A DNA stretch of 64,000 nt from an uncultured Acidobacteriota bacterium. GTDB lineage: Bacteria > Acidobacteriota > Thermoanaerobaculia > Multivoradales > UBA5704. The position numbers and the translations under genes were made by a program. The first letter of the stretch is position 1. Every line of letters starts with the position of its first letter. This document shows positions 38,701 to 44,600 of the stretch, piece by piece. The notes beneath the pieces are model-generated. The model was not told the origin of the DNA and ran no database searches. It saw only the letters and a list, made by a program, of their open reading frames with translations. The DNA lies in NCBI GenBank assembly GCA_963770895.1, contig CAVYRF010000001.1, forward strand, positions 576,001 to 640,000. The letters run 5' to 3'.

Positions 38701-41655
38701 GTTGCCGAAGATATTGACGACGCCGTTGACGCCGCACACCGTCTGCCCAGCCAGCGGGCTGGTGATGCTCGCCACCGGCGGGGTATTGGAGACGGCCAAG
38801 CTGACCTGCGCCTGGCCGGTCTGGCCCTTGATGTTGGTCACCACGGCGGTGTACGTGACCTGCCCCACCGGCAGCTGGGCCAGGTCGAAGTTGTAGCGGT
38901 ACACGGTGCCGGCCTGCGGGTTGTTGACGGTGTAGAGCAGACCACCGGGGCCGTTGAGCGCCAGCTGCAGCAGCGGCGAGCCGTCCAGGCTCTCGGGGAC
39001 CAGGTCCATCACCCGCGCCGTCGGCAGCCGCTGGCCGCAGGCCGCCGGCGCCCCGATGAGCTCCACACTGGCCTTCACCTGCGTGCAGCTCTCGCCGCCG
39101 ATGACGCCGTCCACCACCAGCGTCGGCGCCGACACCATGCCGGTCAGCGGGTCGACCTGCGGCACCGCCTGCGCCACGAAATGCAGGTTGTACTGCGTGC
39201 AAGGCTGCCAGTCGGGGGAGGTGAAGACGAAGTTGGTGCCGTCGCCCGCCACCGCCTCGAACGAGCGCGGCGTGTTGTAGTGCAGGTCCTGGCTGCTCTG
39301 CATGGTGAGCACCATGCTTGACATCGGTCCCGGATAGATCGCGGTGGCGACGATCACCGGGTCGGTGGGCGGCGCCAGTCCGGCCGCCTGGATGAGATTG
39401 GCGACTTGCGGCGTCACGCCGGTCGTATTGCCGCCGATCAGAGACTGGTACGCGATGCCGTTGCCGAGGATCTGGATCAGCGGCGTCGAGGTGTAGACGT
39501 TGCCCTGGGCGTCGACGACCCGCACGCGCACCGCGGTTGGCACGCCCGGCGTCAGGTTGCCCTGGTCCCAATCGATCTCGAAGCGGAAGTCGGGGACCGC
39601 GGCCTGGCCGGCGTTCGATCCCGGCTGGTAGTAGGTGGTGATCTGCTCGGGCACCCAGCTCGCGGACTGCACCTGGCTCAAGTCCGGCACGCCGTTGACC
39701 AGCGGCACCTGCTGGGTGTCGACGAACACCTGGACCAGCGGCGCAACGATGGTTTCGGTCAGCTGGATGCGGGTCAGGGCGCGCTGCAGGTTCTTGTTGA
39801 TCTGCGTCGCGCAGCCGGTGGTGATCGGCACCAGCAGGCCGGTTACGGGATCGAAGCTCTCAGCGGCGAGGCCGCTCAGGAAGATCTCCTGCGGCCCCGG
39901 TCCCAGCACCTTTTCCGTGGTGTTGCCCGCCGCGTCGGTGGCCCTGAAGCGGAAGCTCATGTCGACGTACTGCGCGGCGGTCAGCGTGCCGGAGTCGATC
40001 GGCGTCCAGGTGAAAGGATCGGGGCCGGCGCCGGTTTCCAGCGCGTGCGACACGATCGGAACCTGGTCATACATCGGCGATAGCTTCCCCGTCGGCACTT
40101 CGGCGCTGGCGGTGGCCAGCAGCACCGGCGCGAACCCGCCGGCTTTGGCGCAGTCGAGCGAGCCGCCGATGGCGAGCGTCACCGTCGGCGGCGTATCCAG
40201 GACGGTGATAGGGAAGGTGTAGCCCTGCACCTCCATGGTGTACTCGCCGTCGGGCACCACCTCGCCGCCGTCGTCGCGGCCGTCCCAGGGGATGTCCACG
40301 GCGGCGGCCTCGGCCTGATCGACGCTGATCGTGCGCACCAGGGTGCCCTGGCCGTTGGTGAAGTGGAAGTCCAGGTGCACCGGCTGCAGCACCTGGAAGT
40401 GGATGTCGGCGGTGTCCTGAATCCCGTCGCCGTTGGGCGAGATGTAAGGCGGCGTCAGGCTGACGTTGGAGATCGTCGGCGAAGAGTTGGAGATCACCTG
40501 CTGGACGCTCGTGGCGCTGTTGCCCGCCAGGTCCTGCGCCGTCAGCCGCAGCAGCCAGGTGCCGGCTCCGGGCGGTGCCCAGGTGGTGAACTGCCCGTCG
40601 ATCAAAGGCGTCGCCACGGGCGGTCCCAGCGGCGTCCAGCTGGATGCCGCGGCGGCGTTGGCGTAGTCGAACTGGTAGCGGGCGAAGTTGAGATCGACCG
40701 CCGTGCCCTCGGCGACGTAGCCGGGCTCGGCCGGCACCTGCCGCAGCCGCAGGTCGGCGGTCAGGTTCATCAGCGAGCTGAGCGACCAGGTGAAGCGGCC
40801 GGGCGCCACGCACCCGCCCTGCGTGTTCTGATCGGCATAGGTGAACTGCATGTAGCGGCCGTAGGGCGAGAAGCCGGTGATGTTGACTCCCGGCAGCTGC
40901 GGCAGGATGGCGACGGGCGTGCCGATGGTGGCGGCGGCTGCGGTGCCGCCGGCGGCGTTGCTCGCCGCGCCCGGGCCCGTCACGGCGCTGACGTCCACCG
41001 CGTACGAACCTTCGACGTTGCCCAGCTCGCCGCTGATCGCCAGCGCGTACTGGTACGGCGCCCAAGTGGCGCTCAGGCTGTACAGCGGCACCTGCACCGC
41101 GCTGTCGCGCTGGCTCGCGCTGGTTGCCCTGGCGGCGCGGGGGCGCTCCTGCGCCGCTGCCGGCGTGGTGCGCGCCGCGCCGCCGCCGGTGCTGGTGCCG
41201 GTTGCTCCGCTCCCGCCGCCCGCCGCCGGCACCCTGATCCCATCGCCCTCGGCGGCTTCGAGCAGCAGGCGCAGCTGGCGGCGGCGCGGCACCCGCTGCC
41301 AGGTCACCTCCATCTCGGCGTCGTGGAAGTCGATCGGCTGGGCGCCGCGCGCCGCGCCGGCGAGCGCCGCCCGCAGGTCGCGGCCGTCGTCCAGGCGGCG
41401 GGCGGCGCTGGGCCGCAGCCGCAGGTTGCCGCCGCCGCCGCCGCCGCCGCCGACACCGAGCGCCACGCTGCCCACCCGCGCGGCGGCGCCGCCCACCTGG
41501 CGGATGCGCACGCGGTAGGTGCCGGCGGCGTCGGGCAGGAAGCGGCTCAGGTCCAGGGCGCGCTCGCCCAGGTCGGGGCTGTGATGCAGCACGCCGCGCT
41601 CCACCCAGTCGTGGCCGTCCCAGGTCGAGACGTGGAACGAAATGCAGGGGATCGC
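26728..41655 (-). CDS. Giant secreted multidomain protein, 3' part (FlgD-Ig, Big, FN3, discoidin, TolB-like propeller, CARDB, Calx-beta, choice-of-anchor A)
   Basis: The open frame to stop 26728 has realistic protein sequence only from about 41655. It shows SPNGDG/WDG FlgD-like motifs, DTTPP...D.AGN Ig repeats, FN3 (PAAPTGLTAT), F5/8-like SAAIDGDETTYW, Calx-beta (DYQAASGTLVF) and a C-terminal FNLFALG..DTAGRLAAAGN. It has no start of its own and appears joined to the upstream ORF by a frameshift. Confidence 0.88.
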   Translation of the reverse strand, partial: AIPCISFHVSTWDGHDWVERGVLHHSPDLGERALDLSRFLPDAAGTYRVRIRQVGGAAARVGSVALGVGGGGGGGGNLRLRPSAARRLDDGRDLRAALAGAARGAQPIDFHDAEMEVTWQRVPRRRQLRLLLEAAEGDGIRVPAAGGGSGATGTSTGGGAARTTPAAAQERPRAARATSASQRDSAVQVPLYSLSATWAPYQYALAISGELGNVEGSYAVDVSAVTGPGAASNAAGGTAAAATIGTPVAILPQLPGVNITGFSPYGRYMQFTYADQNTQGGCVAPGRFTWSLSSLMNLTADLRLRQVPAEPGYVAEGTAVDLNFARYQFDYANAAAASSWTPLGPPVATPLIDGQFTTWAPPGAGTWLLRLTAQDLAGNSATSVQQVISNSSPTISNVSLTPPYISPNGDGIQDTADIHFQVLQPVHLDFHFTNGQGTLVRTISVDQAEAAAVDIPWDGRDDGGEVVPDGEYTMEVQGYTFPITVLDTPPTVTLAIGGSLDCAKAGGFAPVLLATASAEVPTGKLSPMYDQVPIVSHALETGAGPDPFTWTPIDSGTLTAAQYVDMSFRFRATDAAGNTTEKVLGPGPQEIFLSGLAAESFDPVTGLLVPITTGCATQINKNLQRALTRIQLTETIVAPLVQVFVDTQQVPLVNGVPDLSQVQSASWVPEQITTYYQPGSNAGQAAVPDFRFEIDWDQGNLTPGVPTAVRVRVVDAQGNVYTSTPLIQILGNGIAYQSLIGGNTTGVTPQVANLIQAAGLAPPTDPVIVATAIYPGPMSSMVLTMQSSQDLHYNTPRSFEAVAGDGTNFVFTSPDWQPCTQYNLHFVAQAVPQVDPLTGMVSAPTLVVDGVIGGESCTQVKASVELIGAPAACGQRLPTARVMDLVPESLDGSPLLQLALNGPGGLLYTVNNPQAGTVYRYNFDLAQLPVGQVTYTAVVTNIKGQTGQAQVSLAVSNTPPVASITSPLAGQTVCGVNGVVNIFGNVSGATSWALYSNGYENHGSAVPMALNVPVTGSPGLCAFSVPLAAGAVGNVCNMSGPMTLELGIANASGYTECTTTTFTVDASVDQPMLTVAPAVFSPNKDGVLDTDGISLQAGEPTHVNLTVYPATIDSNGDCLNNGGPLRQLASGIAVASTPVPLTWDGMDNTGTPVADGLYRFVASFTDDSCGNVAQVAQCVAVDTTPPQVAIDFPQTTDPLPLVIQVQGLVTDLYIANWVLDYAAASAPANFAVIATGNSNVNHDFLGAWNTFGLSGSYLLRLRATDLGGNTSQVVVPLAIANAVDLITDIAAQPHLFSPNGDGRLDTAAITFGLGVPATVALLVKDTSGNPVRTLLSGAGEAAGAAAASWDGTTDGGQPAADGTYNVVLVAAATANSAFAETQTISVVLDRTPPAVVVTRPTSGGYVTPTGSILGSITDVHLASWSVSITATPQAPAWTQIASGTSNVVAAPLGSLAGLAEGSYALKVDAADAGQIQVEQIIPFTIDSTPPVATLTAPAAGSVVGAVGGPLAVTGSVVEAHIQSWQVQLGAGAQPGGWTTLGSGTTLPVPSPAVAWTPSGVPDGAYTLRLYAQDLAGQTGQAQVAVTVDNTPPAVGITLPADGSYVTGPMNVFGTVQDANLLQYTLAVAPGPKGSSQQFSTVGVGASPVNAGLLAQWMALPPDGVATLRLTATDKAGNQSQAMVQVTVHTQPPAAPQGLAAQVDQQTVQLSWLASPGGPGSGGDVVAIAGYRVYRNGVLLDPQQLVTTLSYDDAGVPQGTYVYTVVAVDQAGLASAPSAPADATVDLSMPVALISKPRNGGHAGGLVSIVGTASKTTGFKQYSVYALGNDGSGSQQLLRTSPVPVLGAELAEWDTTALPDGSSFTLKLVVEDVSGNTATAQVTVTTDNTPPAAPTGLTATPSGSNIQVAWNANSESDLAGYLLYRNGKLANATGTVLGDLTPYLLTSPSFNDQALPDGTFTYVVYAVDTAGNQSAPSAPAQATLDNHPPHVVITQPAAGALFQNSLQIVGTTPDLDVVSVQFQWQPAGATGWNNLGAPVASPPWETVWDGTTVAYGNYMIQAVATDAGGRTDPAPTPIAVTRKNLEQPPAPTALVALVAGGTVTLTWTAGTPVPADLAGYLVDRTAADGTVAHVAATPLAGTTFADTGVADGTYAYTVTAVNQAGNASAPAGPAAAVVYTPVLVQPYTPTSATATALAGGNAAAGAQVGGSVALTGGGTTPLAAVTADPGGNFNFAAVPLARGDSQITVSATDTAGNVSKTAAVPVLTADPPSQPTGLTATPGSGLTAALGWNANPAADNVLGYRLLRDGNPAPAPVPVDTPWTAAASSPAAGQADDASAAIDGDETTYWVPQYGSDPDLSNQWLEIDWPVTRLVAGVELDWAPDGGTPQNPGDFDIQGWDGRVWVPLAAVRGDAAATTVVPLGQRYLTQKMRLHLVATSAQPWLAEMRIYQHPLTTATTATDTATNGTHSYQVIAVGQLGLESQPSAPATVGVGNVTPPAPVTLSGAAIGADVGLTWTASASPGVASYLVLREGTQIATVDPGTTAYTDAGRPNGIWHYTVQVVDALGNVSVPSNVAAVTVDVTAPGAPSGLTVTAVATGGALQLAWTAGTPAGTAFQVERGTTAGGPYQVVATVPGSPDTDGGLTNGTRYFYVVVAVDGAGNASAPSNEASGVPADTTPPAPPVLTFPAISTLGLQTADDNADLAGSAEPGATVVVTPAAGGAVASTQALAAAAVTDAAGLAAATLPVPSPDGRYLLLPASGRPGSSATVYDFDAAGGPVSSALAASAGAESLAWMADGRGLLLAVTAGGGAAVQSYRFAGAATATLGALDWADGLASAPDNDRVAVLGSQGGQAGLWVLDAAAASWTLVAAIDPTQVTPGTLVWSPEGSWLAYVGPAPDGAAGTGGAGAGAAGLVVVQVAAPNAATLIEASPGSGRPSFAPDGSAVVYTEAQAAGGEKVRLTVLASGATADLTSVQGGPLLPQLSPDGGTLAYVAAAGLVAGAVTPYVAGGPAPPVATLSSLGGQAAGAQDLAWVPGGYLLAAAGDEFRVAPAGRFAVPAMPLVLGDNGFTATARDAAGNLSAVSAPRVVHRTAADLPDLAIGAADLALLPVAPLPGQTVRVTATVHNQGPAASPATTLALTAYGPGGAQVALATALAVPAIAPGGAATVQQDGSIDGAAGAWNLVAQVDPQQQVQELTRANDQAQIAFQVVNQGPPVVGVTTDQASYAAGATLTATVTVFNGSDPFSGQLVVTIEDTQGVAVTTLPAIATGNLAYGQQLSQAVTWNVGSTFAGSYLVDVKLLDGSGQSVAEATAPFAIAAAEQLTVAVTTDNASYAVGAGVHVTAQVGYPAGNAPLAGLQVHLQVLGPAGATGGTGGTPPVVGDWTQPLGVLLPGGQGTVSVNWASGGAVPGAYQVTATVLDGGQAAASAATQISLTSAATAVTGTLALSDRAPSWGQPVAASYTLHNGGAAALAQLPVRVRVLDASSGQELARQAATVNLAAGGSGAGSASFDSKALGLGNRLAVLEADLPAAGGGGGGVQTVTLALVGFTVYDRTAPTVAIQQPAGGATTASALTVLVTATDPLSTIATVTLSLDGAAAIAMAISNPATATWSASLTGLATGSHTLQAQATDAAGNTGSSATVTFTVASSPPTIAISGVQQGGLYNAPVTPVVTVTASTPTYTATITLDGQPFASGTAVAAEGSHTLAVAVTDALGSQASASVTFAIDTTPPAIAVTGVSNGGVYNGAVTPVVTVSDAHPGTQSIALNGQPFASGTPVSAEGSYTLAVTATDAAGNTANTTVAFVIDKTPPVISVSGVSNGGVYNATVTPVITVTEAHPGTQTITLNGQPFTSGTAVSAAGSYTLAVTATDTAGNTASTSVGFVIDKTAPVISVSGVTNGGVYNAAVTPVVTVNDAQPVTQSTITLNGQPFTSGTAVSAEASYTLAIAATDAAGNTANTTIAFAIDKTPPAIAVTGVSNNGVYNATVTPAITVTDAHPGTQTITLNGQPFTSGTPVSAAGSYTLAVAATDAAGNTANATIAFTIDKTAPAIGVTGVTNGGLYNATVTPVITVTDAQPVTQTTITLNGQPFTSGTAVSAEGSYTLAVSATDAAGNTASATITFTIDKTPPAISVTGVSNGGTYAAPVTPVVTVTDAHPGTQAITLNGQPFTSGTTVSAAGSYMLAVTATDAAGNQAQESVGFTIAAAAAALSIADVTVTQPASGEVAAQFPVTLSSPASGTVSVNYLTAAGTAIAGVDFLPVGGVLNFAPGVTAQTVSVPVLADALLGADATFTVQLSQPQGASLARATATGTIAPAPACTSANLLVNPGAELPAVSNLIPGWDVVTGSAWQVGGGTPPAFDGDADFATSDAAGELKQDADLLAYAAQIQGAAGQSFAFSGQVRTVNAGGGAAASTARIVVEYRDLTDQNVLGTFDSGPIASAGTWTQVTDQRAAPAGTRWIRVRLLSGLPAGGGGQALFDGLSLTSVATPTLAALDAAAATPAAGQQQALSVRVLLSCAATQTVSVHYATVDDTAVAGTDYQAASGTLVFSPGSVEQDVPLVALGLASDQVDRVFDLALTAPTGATLARGEAEVRLLPRPFCAQPPSYWRHHPESWTLSNVTLGGAGYSATAALWLLRYQGSDPLYLLAQQLAATRLDLAAGAPAAGSTPAANADTFLSQHPLGSVLGSSDAQTAASLTSALTSYDSATCPLVCSAEPLGVVGRFNLFALGAVTQSGTDTAGRLAAAGNVTLSSYSVGQSLTATGGSDDVLIAGGALSFNGGTVSHGNLVYGGTVALTSVNIPNGAARQDQPVDFAGASRNLGILSSYWATLAANGTTTVQPWKQINLVGSDPTLNVFSVHGSDLAVSVGVSIQVPSGSTALVNVDGTSDQMQNFGFQLAGVSNGGVVLNFYQATSLKLSGIGVPATVLAPRAAVNFSNGNVNGTLVGASVSGGGQFNQDLFTGCLPVGH
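29032..30696 (-). repeat. Seven tandem 79-80 aa Ig-like repeats (237/240 bp)
   Basis: A unit of the form DKTPP.I.V.GV.NGG.YN..VTPV.TV.DA....TITLNGQPFTSGT.VSA.GSYTLAV.ATDAAGN occurs seven times. Confidence 0.95.
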
Positions 41656-44600
41656 CCCCCGGGTATGCCGCGAACGACCGTCGTGATCGTGCCGGTCGCC
41701 AGGTCGAAGGTGTAGACGTCGGCCCACGAGTAGCAGCCGATGCTGTACCCCGCGACCACCGCCAGGGCGTCGCCGGCCCAGGACCACTGCGGCGTGTCGG
41801 CGCGGGGGCTCAGCGCCGCAATGCCGTCGAGCGTCGGCGGCACGTCCTGCGGCACCGTGAGGGTGCGCTGGACGGAGCCGTCGCGGCCGATCAGCTCGAT
41901 GGTGTTGGCGATCCCGTTGCCGTCTTCCACCGTCGCGGCCGCCTGGGAGCCGTCCGGCGACCAGGAGAACTCGGAGCTGACGGAGGTCGCGGTCGCGATC
42001 GGTACGGCGCCGCCGTGCGCCAGGTCGACCAGCACCCAGTCGAAGTTGAAGCCGGTGGGGTCGTTCAGGGGCACCAGCGCCAGCTGGCGGTCGGGGGAAA
42101 CCTGAACCTGGTCCCACTCCGCATTGGAAAGGTTTTGCGCCAGCACGCGCGGCGTGCCGCCGCCGACCGGCACCGCCAGGATGTTCGAGCTGGTGTAGTC
42201 GAACAGCACGACGCTGCCGCCGTCGCCGGTGAAGGTGATCAGGCCGCCGGGGCCGTAGAGGTGCGCCGCCGGCGCGCTGCCGCTGACCGGCGCCGTCCAC
42301 AGGTCGCCGGGATTGTCGTTGGGCGGCGCGCTGTCGAAGGCGATGCTCGAGCCGTCCGGCGATGCCGCCAGCATCGTCGGGACGTTGGCGCCGAAGAAGG
42401 CCGCCGGCACGATCTGCTGCACGCCGCCGCCCAGCGGCGTCATCTGGTAGACGCCCGTCGCCCACTGCGGGTAGTAGGGATCGGTGTACTGGAAGAAGAA
42501 CAGCGCCTGCTCGTCCGGGCTCCACCGCAGCCGAGTGCCCGGCTGGAGCGGGCACGACAGGTTGGTGACGGCGGCGTACTGGGTGCCCAGCGCCGCCAGC
42601 AGCGGCGACCGGTTGGTGTCGACCGTCGCCGTCGCCTGCCCCTGCACCGCACCGCCCGCGGCCACCACCTGCAGGCTATAGTCGCCGTCTCCCACCACGA
42701 TGCCGCGGTCGTCCCTGCCGTCCCACACGAAGCTGCCGCCGGCGACGTTGGTGTAGGCGCTGGCCGCGGCGGTGCGCACCACGGCCCCGGCGCCGTTGAG
42801 CACCTGAATGCTCACGGTCATCGTGCCGCCCAGGCGGAAATCGAATTCGGTGGTGTCCTGCACGCCGTCGCCGTTGGGCGAAAAATAGCGGTTGGACACC
42901 ACGAAATCGCCCTGCTCGACGGTGATCGCCAGGCTCGCTTCGTTGTTGGCCTTGCTCGACTCGACCACCGCGTTGTTGGGATCGACGATGACGTAGAGCG
43001 TGCGCGTGCTGGCCCCGGCGGCCAGGGTCCAGCCGATCGTCGCCACGGCGTTGCCGCCGGCGGCCAGCTGCGGGATGGTGGCGGTGCCCACCGCCGCGCC
43101 GCCCTGCGCCGGATCGCCGTCCCAGGCTTCGACCAGCAGGTTGGCGATCGGCTGCTGCCCCAGGTTCTGCACCGTGACGGCCAGGGCGACCGGCAGGCCC
43201 GGCGCCGGGAAGGCCGGCTGCAGCACCAGCGACGCGCCGCTGATCGCGGCGTCGGGCAGCGACAGCACCTGCACCACCAGGAAGGTCGACAGCGCGGCGC
43301 GGCTGAACAGGCCGCTCTGCTGCGAGTTGGGATCCACCACCACGTAGATCAGGTGGCTGCCGGGGCCGCTGATCGTCGCCTCGCTGGCCACGACCGTCGC
43401 GGTGGAACCGGCGGCCAGGTCGGCGATCGTCTGCAGCGATCCCAGCAGCGGCGCCCCCTGCGCCGGGTCGCCGTCGTAGAAGGCCACCTGCAGGTTGGTC
43501 ACGTCCTGGCCGCCGGTGTTGTGCACCACGGCCGTGGCGGTGAACGGCTGGCCCGCGAGGCCCGGATTGGGGGAGACCGTCAGGTCGCCGCGGCCGACGC
43601 TGAGGTCGGCCTGCTGGATGGCGGTGGCGGTGAAGGCCAGCGACGCCTGGTTGTTGGCGCGGTTGCTGTCCTCGATCGCGCCCTGCGGGTCGATGGCGAC
43701 GGTGAAGGTCAGGCTGCCCGTCAGGTCCACCTGCCAGGTCACGCTGTCCTGGACGCTGGCGCCCGCCGCCAGGGTGGCGACACCCGCGGGCAGCGTCTCG
43801 GTCGTGGTGCCGTCGCTCACCGTGTAGCGCACGGCGGCGGTCGGCGCGTCCACCGTGCCCAGGTTGTGCAGGGTGACCTGGAACGTCGCCTTCTGGCCCA
43901 GGTAGGCGGCGCCGGCAAGCGTGATGTCCGCCGGGGTCACCGCCAGGTCGATCACCGCCGCGGTGGTGACGCTGACGCTGGCGCTGTTGTTGCTGCGGTC
44001 GACGTCGCCCAGCAGGCGGTCGGGGTCGGCGACGACGGTCAGCACCGTGGTGCCCGGCGTGTTGAGCGTGTAGGTGAAGTTGGCCACCGCGCTGGAGCGG
44101 TTCGGCACGTCCAGCACCACGTCGCCGACCGCGGTGCCGCCGGCCCCCGGCACGCCGACGTACAGCCGCACGTCGACGGTGGGAGCGTCGGTCTGGCCGG
44201 CGTTGCGCACGATCGCCGAAATGGCCAGCCCCGCCGGCAGGCTGGCGGGGTGCGACGGGCTGACGGAGATGTCCGAGCTGCTCACCCCCAGGTCGATGCC
44301 CACCGGCGCCGGCGCCACGGTGATGGCGAGCGAGGTCTGGTTGTCGGTCTTGGTCACCTCGGTGACCAGGTTGTCGGGGTCGATCACCGCCACCAGGTCG
44401 TGGCTGCCCGCCGCGCCGGTCGTGTCCCACACCGCCGTCAGCACCGCGCTCTGGGTCGGCGGCAGCGGCGGGATCGCCACGTCGGGACCGATCGCCCTGC
44501 CGCCGGCGGCCGGGTCGCCGTCGTAGACCCGCAGCACTCCCGCCGGAGCGGCGCTGTTGCCGTTGGACAGCACGGTGACGGTGAGCGTCACCTTGTCGCC

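Noticed and set aside
41090-41646. Insert in the giant protein as an intein
   Set aside because: It starts near a Cys, but no TxxH block or terminal His-Asn is visible.
41656-42555. First ~300 aa of the 5275-aa ORF
   Set aside because: Nonsense-like off-frame translation. The real coding frame here belongs to the upstream ORF.
37740-42890. Four [FI]SPN[GK]DG motifs as T9SS sorting signals
   Set aside because: They are internal, not C-terminal, and are followed by WDG FlgD-Ig-like sequence. There is no T9SS context in the window.
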